A DNA stretch of 51,798 nucleotides, filler included, from Basidiobolus ranarum (taxonomy: Eukaryota), in NCBI GenBank assembly GCA_040143965.1. It is 2 parts of 2 records of this genome, joined end to end, with 100 filler letters (N's around TTAATTAATTAA, not from the genome) between each part and the next. Parts side by side here need not be neighbours in the genome. Positions count along the whole stretch, not along the records: positions 26,004 to 51,798 come from JASJQH010007014.1; 1 more part is not named here. One strand, 5' to 3'. Below are positions 27,732 to 41,133 of this stretch, one piece after another; position 1 is the first letter of the stretch, and each line of letters begins with the position of its first letter. Position numbers and translations under genes: made by a program. The notes under the pieces were generated by a model. The model was not told the origin of the DNA, ran no database searches, and worked only from the letters and a program-made list of their open reading frames with translations.

Positions 27732-29099
27732 TGTTGATAGCTAAGAAGGTTTTCAAGCACGCTTAAATAGATAAGTGAATGATACCCCCCCCCCAGCGCA
27801 GTTACCTCAATCATAGACATTGTATCATAGGTAATGTAGCATAACCCCAAGAAACTAAGCTACGTAAGTGAGGAGAACTGATAAAAGTACAACGGACGGT
27901 TTGTTGACTAGAACCAATAGAATAGTATGCTTGAACTCAATCGATCCCATAGCAAATTGATGTAAATGGATATGATCAGCACCACTGTATTACAAACGAA
28001 CCTGAACTATACTGTATTCAAGGCATGTGAATAAAGAATTTCGTCCAAGGAAGTATGCGGATGGTTTTAATTGTTAATCATACGCGCCAAGTAGATAATG
28101 AGAACTTAATCCTCTAGCTGGCATTATTGTCAGGGTAAGATATAATCTGACAGATCATCGTTACTTGAAGTTCTGATCCAGTCTTAATGCAACTTATGAC
28201 GACAGTATTGTGCTTACATTATCAATACATGCTATTCTCAGCCACTGATCCTCACAACTTAGCAGTATGACTGGATTAGCGCAAAATCCATAGTGGCGTC
28301 AGCAATAGCAAATTGACTGTGCTATATATGACAGTAGTAATGACAATCGGTATGTGACAACAAACCTTGCTACTAGTTACGATTGAAACATATGGCTTAC
28401 TCCCCTGCAGTTACCGTTGCTCACTTTTCAGCCCGATCGTCAACATACATGGTCAACATCCCTATTAGGACTCTGTGAATAGGGGTAACTTTATGTTGTT
28501 TGTTATGGAAACAGCAATGACAACTTGCTCGTAACACAAGTGATACTTCAGAAACAAGAATTGCCAACATACTTTGAATAGAGATGATGTGATATTTATG
28601 ATCGAGAAACCAAGTTATATCCTCTGCACGGAAAGAAGATGAATTGTCGGTGTTTCTGCCGGCAGAGAGGAAGCATAGAACATCAATGACCGAATCTATC
28701 CAACTTTACTCTAGATCCTATTTTTTATAGTCAGCCGAGCCAAAAATTTCTAGCCATTTAATCATGGATTCTACCAAATATCCATTTCTTCAACAACATG
28801 TAATAAATGTGATTTTTGATACAAGTAGTTATAAAATATTCAATTTCAACAACATTAAAACCTATGTCAGTGTTGCAATTTATTTATTTTGGTGTCCGTC
28901 TGCAAACAGTGACTCTGGTTGGCCTAACTTTGTGACTTCTCCGATCATGTCTTTGACTAGCCTGCGCTTACTTTATTGATGGGGATCTCATAACATGGCG
29001 ATAAAATATTTCACAATGCCAGCTCAAGTGTCTCATATTGACTAAGGGCTAGGACTATAACGAAGACTTTGAAGTACTAGCAGTGGAAGTCTCTGCCAC

Positions 29100-29772
29100 A
29101 AGTGGGTGACTAATTCTCGCACATTGTTATATGTTATTTTCATGAAACTTTATGAAAAATTCCGATTACTATTGGATCGGATTGGTGCTAATATCAGGTT
29201 TCATAAACTCCCTCAAATTGCTAAATCTCTCTTAGTATTGGTGAGTTTTTTCACCATTGGTTTCTTCAGTTTCATATATTCATATATGTTCTTATATAAG
29301 TAAGTCCCAAACGTCCAAGTTCATTGTAAAGCTCATCAATCTCAATTGTAAAGTATTAGGATTGAAAATTACGTTCAAGTTGATACTTAATCCAAGTTAT
29401 TTAATCAGTGTGACTTACGAAGTGACGAGATAGCTTAGGAAAGAATGGCTATAAGTTAAATGAATTCATGATGATTAATTTCTTGAGAAGAATGGTTGGT
29501 CTATTCCTAATTGCTATTATTGCTGGTTGACACTGTTACTAAATCAATGTCACTTTGGGATTGACATTCTGCAATGCAGGCTCCAACATCCTGATGTAAG
29601 TACGATACCAAGGGAAGAAGGCTGGAGTAGAATGCGCGTATGGTACATAGTACAAGTGAGTAGAGACCGACTGGTCGTATCTACCATTCTTCTTGATGGT
29701 ATTAACTGCTTTGATGAATGCATTTCTTTCCGAGATTGTTAACTGACGAATTTCCTTTACCGCTTGGTTCAA
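29100..29772 (-). pseudogene. Tyrosinase pseudogene fragment
   Basis: Reads KEIRQLTISERNAFIKAV...YDQSVSTH...AHSTPAFFPWYRTYIRMLEPALQNVNPKVTL, the CuA region with PWHR changed to PWYR. It stops before the PYWDW motif, and I found no CuB site. Faint broken fragments extend to about 29100. Confidence 0.8.
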
Positions 29773-30329
29773 GGAAGTTTATAGTTACAAATGAAATGAG
29801 TATTACTGATTAGTATTGCTACCACATAATACAAACAATACTGTCGTAGTTTAATTGCGAATACAGGCAATCAATTTACTTCCATCCTAATCTTGACCAA
29901 ATACTACTACTTTCGCCAAGAGCATTAATGAAATCTGTTCTTACCATAACTCTATTCCGAAGGAGGCTAAGGTTGAAAATCTATGTAAGAACTCCGAATT
30001 TTGCTATTGTATTTGATTAAACTAGTATAAATATCACTGTCTATTCAAAATCCCGAAAATCCAATATTTTCTCCACTTTTTAGTTCTTTACAGTTTTTGC
30101 CATATGTATGTATATGTATATGTAACTAATCAATCATTTAGAGTAGGGTTAGGGATAGTTAATCACTTAGGGTTAGTAGGTCCAACTGTTGATCAGGAAA
30201 ATTTCATCGACGCAACAGATATTAAATGGCAGCACGACACAATGGAGTCACAGTTCCTTTGAAAAATCATCTACTTATTATTTAAATATCCTGAAATAAA
30301 TATCGATCATAATATAAGTAAGTTTATTG

Positions 30330-30377
30330 GCTTTTTGCGAACTAGAATTTTTATCAGCTTTTTGCGAACTAGAATTT
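30330..30377 (+). repeat. 21-bp direct repeat (two copies, 6-bp spacer) upstream of the SDR gene
   Basis: GCTTTTTGCGAACTAGAATTT at 30330-30350 and 30357-30377. Confidence 0.9.
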
Positions 30378-30522
30378 GACTCCGTTAAGCCTTTATTGTG
30401 GCTGTGTGCTAAGTCTGAATATGCATAATTTGCATTAGTTGAAGTGACGTCTGATTCATCTACCTTTTCATAGCTTAACTTAAATACGCCAATCCATCTT
30501 CCCTTTATTCTTTATCTCTCAA

Positions 30523-31514
30523 ATGGATCCCGATAAAGCTTCTGGTCAAAACTCACGTAAGTTTTATCCCATAGTAAATCATTCTACACTTGACTTTTAA
30601 ATATTATCGTTCTGTTTCTTTCTTTCGCTACAGAAAGCTCTCTCCACAGAGCTATCGTCCCCCCTCCGCCGACCAAAGAGGAGGTTGCCACTGCTGTTGC
30701 GGAAACCGAAGCGCGTAATCCATCCAAATCCTCAGTACCCAAAGATTATTTGTCAAAGTTCCGTTGTGATGGCAAAGTTGCCGTTATTACCGGTGGCGCT
30801 AGAGGATTAGGTTTCTCGATGGCCGAAGGACTCTGCTCCGTTGGCCTAAAAGCCATTGCTATTCTTGATATTCAAGAAGACTTGGGCCGAGAGGCTATCA
30901 GCACCTTAAAATCACTTTACAACGTACAAGCTCAGTTCTATTTTGTAGACGTCCGGGACGAAGTCTCAGTTCAGAAAGTAATTGATTCAGTTGTTCGGGA
31001 TCTAGGTTCAGTTGATATTGTTGTAAATTCCGCCGGTGTAGCTGATTTAGTTCATGCGGAAGAATATCCACCAGATAGGTTCCGTAGAGTAGTTGACATC
31101 AACTTGAATGGTTCTTTTCTTGTTTCTCAGGCTTGTGGACGTCAAATGATTAAGCAGAAACGTGGTGGTAGTATTATTTTTATTGCCTCTATGTCAGGTT
31201 CCATTGTCAATAGGCCTCAACCCCAAAGTGCGTATAATGCTTCCAAAGCAGGTGTTAAGCATCTGATGAAATCATTAGCAGCCGAATGGGCAGTTCATGG
31301 AATACGATGTAATTCAATTTCCCCTGGTTATATGGAGACTGCACTTAACCGAGCTTATAGTACACTCTTCAATGAATGGTGTAATCGTACACCTCAAGGT
31401 AGGTTGGGTGCACCTGATGAGTTATGTGGAGCTTGTATTTGGCTTGCTTCAGAGGCTAGTTCTTTCTGTACCGGTTCGGATATTATTATTGATGGTGGTT
31501 ATACTGCCTGGTAA
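30523..31514 (+). CDS. Short-chain dehydrogenase/reductase, polyol dehydrogenase type (D-arabinitol dehydrogenase / sorbose reductase-like); 2 exons
   Basis: TGGARGLG Rossmann motif, NSAG, ASMSGSIVNRPQPQSAYNASK (YxxxK), NSISPGY and DGGYT. ATG at 30523 with one intron near 30557-30633. Confidence 0.9.
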
Positions 31515-33853
31515 TATATATACTCACTTTCATTTGGATATACATTAATATTTGACTTTATATTCCATCATATTATGTGTTGGCAGCTGAACAATTAAAA
31601 GCAAATTATTTCAAGATCACTGTTTATTTTGAAAGATTCAGATTTTGGAATTGTAGTAATTGTATGGATGATGGATACAATTGTTACCAAGAGTGTACAT
31701 TCAAACTAGATAGTTAAAGTGATGAGCATGCTACATCTACTATAACTAATGCCAAATCAGCTTTATTTCATAATTTTACAACAGATAGAACCATGAACAA
31801 TATGTCTTCACTAGCAGTAACACATTAACTTAGTCTTCAAAATTATATTTATAGTATACATGTGTTTTTTTCTGATTAGGCTGCATCTTAATAGGAGTAT
31901 TTGAGAAGTGCCATATAACCTTAAAGCCAAAAATGGTAAATTGGAAATACTCTTGAGAAGTTGCATTTTTCAACTCTAATTAGTATATAGCTCCACTTTA
32001 TTGTACATTTTATGTCTATTTCATACAGAGCTATTTGCTTTTACCTCAGGGTATTAGGCTTGCCTTACATGTAGGTCACAAGCAGATCATACCATGTTTT
32101 AGAAATGGGGTTTTTACTTTCTATATTGTGTCACTATCACAATTGTTCACATTTATAAGTTTTAGTATAAACACATTATGCCTAAGAATTTTGCACAATC
32201 TATTTAGAAAAATACTTTGCATTGAAGTATGTTTGATAGTGAGAATTTTTCATGACACAGATTGACTGCAGGATTTTGGCAAGTCTGGGAACTCTATACT
32301 TATCTTATGATATAAAATATACAACTAATGATAGCAAAACAAGTATAGTCCAGTTCTATTGGAATTTGTTAGGAAATAAGTATTCTAAAAGCCACCTGGT
32401 TAAGATGGTTGCCTCAACTATATAAACTTTGTGCCACTAGATGCTGTTCATCCCCCTAACCCACACAATACTATCTTTATAGTTTTAGATATTGATTATC
32501 ATGCTAACTTTGGTTACTTTAATACTGCGTAATATAGGTTACCAACATCCCCCAACCTAAGCTTGTCTGCAATATTTTAAAAGTTTACCAAGTTCAGATT
32601 TTTTACCCACTACTACTCTATCTTTGCTCTTTACCATTCGAAATGAATACCTTACACTAGCGAACTACAAATAACTGTTCAAGCGTAGATTTCCAAATTC
32701 GGGAAGTAACCTTGCTAAAAAGATATGAATGCTGACATGCTTTCACTGTTGGCCGAATATCATGAGGGAGTTATCTAAGAATAATTCGTACCAATGCATG
32801 ATTATATTGAGGAAATCAAGATCGCAATAATTGCTGCGCAGAGTATTTACCTCCCTGAGCATATATGTAAGCACCCAATATCACGAACAATATTGCAACA
32901 CGACTCTTTGATCGCATGCAACACAGAAATCATTCATATGCTATACTGCATGAATTCTGTTTCCATATAATTTCTCTAGCGCCTCCATCTCATGATTGAC
33001 ATTCTCGGTGCTTCTTAGATGAGATATATCGGCAAAAAAATTCATTTCAAACATCAAGATTCTCACGTGGTGCTTGTACTCTTCCAACCCTAACCCTGTA
33101 TGTTCCAATGAAAAATCATTGACTGCTCAGCAATCATATGGTAATAATAATGTTTTGTTCTCGAAGTAAACCCAGATCTACCATGTACATATATTGATGA
33201 TGAGGATCGGCAAATTTTTTCGAATACATAATCGCTGTAAACCTGGCTGACTTGTTTGTGAGTTATTTAAATCATTGGCCTCGGGTTAAACTAGACAGTT
33301 GGTCACGGAACATTGGACACGAGTTTAGTAATCATATTGGATGATTTGTGGTTGGTGTTTGAATGTTGACTAAGACATTGCGAGTCTTAATCACATGTGT
33401 TTTGTGAGGTTCAGAGAAAGAATTTGTAGGTCATCTGTAAGTGTATATATAGAGCATGGTTGTCGATGAATGATTCGAAAACAAAATGTCGGAACCATGT
33501 AACATCCAATGTGATGATGAGATCAAGGTAGTAAATGCGATGAGTGGGTAGTAGGTAGTAGAGGCGAAGTAGCCATTAATGCCATAATTACCAATACCTC
33601 TGCATTATAAAATTTTCATAATTGGTAATTGACAACATATCGACACATTAATAAAAGGACAGCTTGGAGTACAATGTTTCTGCGTTTATTGCCATTACTT
33701 TAGTTGATTCTTTTCGCTGAGGCTCATACTCGGAAGATACTGGGGATTAAATGGTAGGAGTGTGAGTAGTAATACAAATAGGGGAAAATCTGGATTTCAA
33801 TGTTACAATGTACTAATGCAGGTCGTATTTATGATTCAGGTGAACTCTTGGTA

Positions 33854-36800
33854 CTACCAAGCCAATTTAGCAATCAGGCTGTTGGGGAAAGTGCGGACCA
33901 GTAGTTTGCGAATCTCATCTGCGAAAAGGATACCCAATGCCATAGGGAGAGGCAAGAGCCAGTATTTTAGGGGAACTGGCGCTGTGTTGAATATATTATT
34001 AATAAAAGGAGTTTCTGTAACAAAGATAGCCATGAGAAGGGAGCAGAAACAGCCGACAAAAATCCAAAGATTGCGTCGGTTTGGGCGAATAGGGTCTGCT
34101 TGTAGAATGGATAATCTACGGTTTCGGATGGAAAGTATATTGCCCCATTGCAAGAGTACCAGAGTAACAAAGGTTACGCATTGACCATTGTTCACCATAG
34201 CGTTCCATGCACTGCTGCCATCATTATACATTTCTATAGTGACACCGTCCGGGAATGCAAAGGTTTTCCCACTTGGTGGACCGTATGTGAACGCCACGTC
34301 GTACCAGCTATAACCAGAAACCTCTTTAAAATAGGTGAAAAATAAGGCTTCCGAACAAATAGTCATCAATGAGCCCACGAAACTAGATCAAGTAAGAGAA
34401 AGGATCAGAGAAAGGGTCTGCGAAACGAATATCACAAATAACTTACATATAGGATTGAAGATAAATCTTGGCATTAATCAAATGCTCTTTCTTTGCGTTG
34501 CGTGGGGCAAGTGCCAATAGATCGTACTCCTCTCGCTCCATAATTAGCGACAAGCAAGGAAATAGATCAGTGAAACAGCAAATGATAATCATCAGGAAAG
34601 AACTCAAAGGCAGTGGAGTACCAATAAACATATTGATAATTACTGGCCAAATTTCCGACCAACTGCCCGCTGGTAAAAGATAACCGATGACCTTTTGCAA
34701 ATTCTGGAACACGAGGCGCCCCAACCGGATAGCTTCTGTAATAGAGTCAAATTTATCTAACAATACCAAGTCGGCCGCTTCGATGGCAACATCACTACCA
34801 GAAACAACTGCAACTCCAACATCGGCTGCTTTTAGCGCTGGGGCATCATTTACACCATCACCAGTCACTGCAACAATACAATCCCGTTTTTGAAATTCGG
34901 TCACAATTTTTAACTTTTGTTCTGGCGTAGTACGCGCAAAAACGATTTCCTCATAGCGACATACACGCTCCCAATCGGAATTACCTAGTTTTTGAATATC
35001 AGTACCAGTCAATAATAAACTAGTTACTCCGCCAAACTTTGTCTCGAAATCACACTCATTAACATTAACCACATCATCAAAGACATCTGGCTCACGAAGG
35101 CCAGTGAAGATCCCAATTTCTCGAGCAATGGCAGCAGCAGTCAAACCAAACTCACCAGTGACCATGAAGAAACGAGCACCAGCTTTACGGCATGATTCAA
35201 CGGTGTGCTTTGTTTCTGGACGAGGGGGATCCATAATCCCAACTAGACCAATTATAGTCAGATCTTTGACAGCCTCACTAACGATTTCGTCTTGGAAGCC
35301 ACGGGAATCACGAGGGCATTTAGCTGTGTAAAAGCGGCGACAGAGAACAAGAACACGCTGACCATTACTAGACCATTTTTTTTGAATGGCTTCTAGTGCC
35401 AAAGAGGCCTCTGAAGTGAGCTCTACATCCTCTCCTGACTCGGCAGATAGAGCAAATCGGCATCGGGGTAAAAGAACATCAGGAGCACCTTTGACCAAAA
35501 CTAGGGACTCTTCAGTGTTACCATAAACATCTTTCATAACCTGGTGATCGCCGTCTGGTGCTAGTATGGACAGCATCCACTTATTTTTAGAGTTGAATGG
35601 AATGTCAAAGACACGTTCAAAATTAGGGATGATATCTGTCGAAGGTGTAGTTTGCTCAGCAAATCGAAGTAGAGCACAATCCGTGGCATCGCCATTCACA
35701 AGACGATCAGCAACAGGACGATCCAAGGTAGTATGATCGAATGTAGCATTGTTACAGAGCAAAGAGGCGTATTGAAGTTGGCGATATGCCTTCGTTTCCG
35801 AAGTCGTAGGCTTACGGAGAATGATTTCACGGCATTCTTCAGCATTAGATTCCTTATCGTAAAAACCAACTGAGGTAACAAACATCTTGTTTTGAGTGAG
35901 TGTACCAGTTTTGTCAGAGCAGATCACGTTTACACATCCAAGAGTTTCTACCGTCGTAAGTGCCTTGGGTAAGATGTTATTTTGCTTCATGCGTACGGCT
36001 ATCATAGATAGTGCTAAAGCAACACCAACTGGCATACCCTCTGGTATAAAGGCAACAACGCATCCCATAAGGTTTACTAAAAGCTGGGAAGTATTCATGA
36101 AGTCGTAATGGTCTCTTCTAAGCCAGCTACATGAGAAGATAAGTGTCTATTAGTATGATTAAGCTTGAATCAATCAATGAGCCAGGTACTTACACTACCC
36201 AGGTGAGGGCCATGATACTTGCCAGGCACACCGTTAAGGATACAATAATTCTGACAAAGCGATCAATTTCTTTCTGAATCAAAGGTTTCTTCTCACCCTT
36301 AGAGGAGGTTAGTTTTGAGATACGTCCCATGACAGTGTTACCGCCTGTCATAACAACAACACCAGTTCCGCTACCGTTGACAACATGGGTACCCATAAGA
36401 GCCATATTTTTAGATTCCAAAAAATTCTCATCTGTGTTGTCAACATAGCCATCAATAGCCTCTCTTTCACCGGTGAGAACCGAACGGTCAAACTTCATAT
36501 CGTTGGAAACCTTGAGGAGGCGAATATCGGCCGGCACTTTGTTTCCAAGCTTCAGCAAGACAATATCACCAACTACTAAGTCAGATGCAGGTATTTTCTG
36601 AGGGGAGCCATCACGCAAAACGAGGCATTCAGCAGGAATCATGTTGAGAATGGATTTCATCACACGACTAGTTGACCAATCTTGGAATGCTGAAAAAGAA
36701 GCTTGGAAGAAGATAACAATGATCTAGGGAAGATGGATGATTAATTCGAGTACTATGAATACTGGTACGAAGGTGATACTTACGATAAGAAATGCCAAAG

Positions 36801-37293
36801 CAAAGTTGGTAACATTGAAGCCGGTAGTACTAACAGGTGGGTAAGCACAGAGAAAGAAAGTCAGAACTCCGATCCACAGAACAGAACAGAAACCTCCAAA
36901 GATGTAACCAAGAAGTTTCTTAATATAATTTGGGCTTGGTTGATGAAGGGTATTATGACCATTACGTTCCAAGCGCTTCTTGGCCGCAAGTGAATCTAAC
37001 CCAAGATCCTGAACAGTGCCAAACCTGACACAGATATTGTCAATTGACAGCTTGTGATAATCCAGAGAAGTAAAGTACTCAGTGTCATCTTTAGGGCCAT
37101 CCTCCTCGGGAGAGAACTTGTTTGAATCGGTCACTCTAAGAGAAAGTGTACGGAATATAACAGGCAAGGCGACATCATCGTGATTGCCATTTGTTGCGGT
37201 AGGAAGTAGTGGCTGCGGGGCCGGGGAGACTTGAGCATGGATGAATTGAATGCGGGGCTTTTCTTCACCTAATTCGAGATCGTTCGGTTGCAT
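33854..37293 (-). CDS. Fungal P2C-type (Na/K- or H/K-ATPase alpha-like) P-type ATPase; 4 exons
   Basis: Motifs PEGMP, ICSDKTGTLTQN, IPFNSKNKW, KGAPD, DPPR, VFARTTPEQK, GDGVNDAPALK and YLLPAGSWSE. Introns at 36783-36724, about 36194-36127 and about 34447-34384. Confidence 0.93.
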
Positions 37294-39512
37294 ACCGTGT
37301 ACAGTGGGCGGAATACTGCTTGATGGTTAAATGTTGTAACTCTTATATAGTGCTAGCCTGCTGCTCAGCATCATCAATGCAGCGAAAATATTGGAGTAGA
37401 ATTTTTGCTGGCTGAGGATAGAAACCGACCAAGTCCAGCAAATAGGACTACACTTTGTTTCAATGCAGAAGACTATCCATACAACACAACCTAAAAACGG
37501 ATGACCATACGGCATATGAATGTGAAGTAGTCTAGTGTTAACATTATTTTGAAGATAATGAATGACTAGGGGTCCTCAGTCAACGTAAATTTCGTACATT
37601 ATCACTTTCCACAAATGGAAGTTATCTTTGCATATGGCAAAAAGAAACCGTTTGGAGTCAATTCATTTGTGTACATTTTAGTCAATATAATTCAGGAAAG
37701 CGGTCCACCGTGTTCCTCACATGTATGTTCTCCAAAAGGGTCCGTGCGCACTCAATGATTGCTACTCCCTACAGTTTTCATAGATGATTCCCATATGACG
37801 CTCACACGGCATTTTAGAACCCAATGAATTCAACTCGGATGAATCGCATGGAGATAGTAAGTGGATCTTTCCTGGAAAGTAGCAACGAAATTTATTCAAA
37901 GTGAAGTCACCCCAAGTTATATATTAATCATAACCGGTACAACTTAAACAAGTCATGCAGATCTAAAAAAAGGATGACTAAAACCTATACCTAATATGGT
38001 TTCGCTCATAATAGGATCGTTTCTCCTGGAGCAGATCGATTATGGGACAGGTGATAAGCTAGCAGTTGCCTGTTACTAGCAGTTTGCTGATTATTCCTAT
38101 GTCAAAGACTAAGCATTGATTGCCACCAGATACTAAATAGAAACTCAGTATATACCCGTTATCTAAGAATTGGCATGGTGCTCCAATATGGTCCCATACT
38201 GATCTGCATATTGCACCATGTTTTCGGGTGCTCACTCTTCATTCTATTTTGACAAGTAGTAAGTAAACTCGCTTAGAGCGATTATGACGACGCTATGCAT
38301 TCTCTCAAATACACACGATTACTAGAGAAAGAATGGTGCTACAACATTAAGTTTATCACCGAAATATGCATATAGTAGTTGAAAAGATAACAAGAAGACT
38401 ATTTTGAACTTTACTTCTTGCTCAAATTCCAAGTTGAATTTTTATATATTGTTTGCTACAATAAGCGCTTGGCTTAGGGTTAAAAGTTCAGCTTGAACTT
38501 TCTGAAAGATTAACGAAGAAGCGGTACCTAAGCTCCTTAGAATACGCTTTTATCTGGGAGGAGGAATGGTACCAAGGAAGCGGTTGTATTTGGTGTAAGA
38601 TTGTTTGAATTCATAAAAGCAATAAAAACCCATATCAGGGGAAATTGGATAGGATACAATTCTTAATGTTTATGAAAACGATTCCGATAACATTGCTAAA
38701 GTAGCTCTGGGTATTGAAGAGGTAAGCGGTGATCTGTAGCAAATTCTCTGATTCATAGAGTTTCATTGGAATTTCTGTCGACTATCCTAAAAATAGCTAG
38801 CACACAACGACACGGACATTTAGTCAAGGTTACAATTTTTGTTCGGCAACAATAATCTAATATTTAAACATATGCAATATGAGTGGGGCAGCTGAGAAAC
38901 TAGTTTGAGAAATAAATTACAAATAATTAAGAGCATATGTCTCTGATGGACCCATTCCATTTTAGTGAACCACATAGTGCATGAAGTAATGAAATGTGCA
39001 TTAATAGTTTATACGTCACATCAAAGTTATTCACAGGTTATTTTCCAAATATCACTATATTTAAAATGTAGTATATGTCAAGTATATATGTGAATATCTC
39101 GGATTAGCAAAGTTGAATCAGAGATTTTAAAGTCTTTTGAATTGACATTGTGATAGCAGGTTGCGGTCGCAGATGTTTTGAACACAGACCTATTGTTTTT
39201 TGTGCAGTTTTTTAAACAGTGGAATTATCTGATTACATTAATGAGTGGAGAATTACTCAACAATTTTATATACGAACGTGACTCTGTTTTGTTTCTTATC
39301 CCTATCGTTACACCCCTGGCTATTGTCATAGATACATCTAAGGTATATACCATAAATGTATCTCTTTTTAAAACGTTAAAAATAGCAATAGTAAGCACTT
39401 GTAATATAACTCAGAGGTGTTTGAAAATACGATAATGGTATCGCTTCAGGAAATGCCGTAGATACATCACCAAATGCCTTACTAGCAAAGTCTTAACAAT
39501 TATTTCCTTTCG

Positions 39513-39830
39513 TTAAATATAAAGTTCCATTGGCAAAACGACCTTGATTGGCGTTACGTACCACTTCAGTTGTGCCTGTAGCTTTGGTAAATCCATCTTA
39601 TTATAAGATATGGCTATTTCTCCATAATATTTAACAAATCCTGAATCATAAAACAATTCTATAAATCTAATGCCACCTTTATAGACTTCTTTCTTATCAC
39701 CTTCAGGTATGGTTACTTCACTAGTCTTTACAGTAGGTATTGTATCTCCAGTAATGGGATCTTTAGGTTCAGCAACTGTCAGGTGATGACTAGTAGCTTC
39801 ATTCTGTCCTGTATAATAAGATATTTTCAT
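39513..39830 (-). CDS. Orphan 105-aa ORF or gene fragment
   Basis: ATG-initiated ORF with protein-like composition rich in predicted beta strand. No family recognised. Confidence 0.4.
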   Translation of the reverse strand: MKISYYTGQNEATSHHLTVAEPKDPITGDTIPTVKTSEVTIPEGDKKEVYKGGIRFIELFYDSGFVKYYGEIAISYNKMDLPKLQAQLKWYVTPIKVVLPMELYI

Positions 39831-41133
39831 TTATCATGTGTATCTTCGTCTGGGGGGGGGTAAAATTGATGCTATAAACGTTTAACTAGTTCAGAATATA
39901 CCACACCGAAAAATAACCGACTAACTAAGCTTCAAGGTCCTCTAAACCAACTCACAAATGGCACATTTCACCCTCACAGATGTTTTGAATGCAATCTCTT
40001 TTATTCATTTTTCCCTGCTTTCAACAGCATAAGCATAATATTGCAGGCTATTACGCAAGCACCATTCAAGCACATTTCAACTCGTATTCATAATATTCCA
40101 CAACCTTCAAACTTTCATCATAGCCACAGCTTGATCAGTCAACTACAGGGTAGTAGTGATGCAACGATGCTAATACCAGGGAAGGTTTGGTGAAATCTTC
40201 AAGTTAAATACTGAACAGTTCGATCATCATGCTGCTTATCATGTCATATATGGAAACTATGCTGTATGTGTAAATATTAAGAATTTCCTATACTATCATC
40301 TTTTCTGAAGTTCCTTGGAACACACAAAAGCACTGTTATTATCTCGAACTGAGATAGGAAGCAGTTCAACTCAACAAGAGTAAGACCAACCAAATATCTC
40401 TTCTAACAATCCCAACCATTCTGAATTCGTTTCAAACAGTTACAATCATATTGGCACACCTCATATGGAGTAAGCTAACAATTGGTACTGTGTTTGAAGA
40501 GAAGCGACGTGTTACATCTTAGCTAACCTTGGATTGCTTGGTCTTATTCAGTGAATGGCTCTTGACATGATTCTTAAAATCAAAGTCCAGTAATTCGAAT
40601 ACCACTTCAGTAGAAGTGTGAATAACTATACTACTTAACATATGACCACTCAGTAGCTCAGGCATCCTATATCTACACTGTGTTATATCACAAGCTTACT
40701 CAGGGCTACTAGTTCAGAGCCATCATGCTAACTGGAGTATCGAATGAATACTTGCATATGGATGTATTAATAAGCCTATTGAGAATGAAGAGGAAAACCT
40801 CATCAATCATGCAAGCATGTAAATACTATTGGTGTAAAGTGGATATTCATACTTATCAGGACACTTCCGAAAATTCGAGCAGGCAAGAGATTGTCAGAAT
40901 CAATCATCGAAAATCCCTTGCCAAGATGCTACAGATCACTTGACTAAATATCCATATATATTCTCATCTGACATTCGTACCTGCATAGTTTAGGTTTACC
41001 TTTATTTTGGGTATACATAGGGGAAAGTGCGAAACCAAGTGTGCATTGCTTTTTGCTTCCAAGCAAAAGAAGCTTCCATCATACTAAGAGCTCTAATGCT
41101 AGAGATAAACAACGAATAATTGCTCGATATTTA

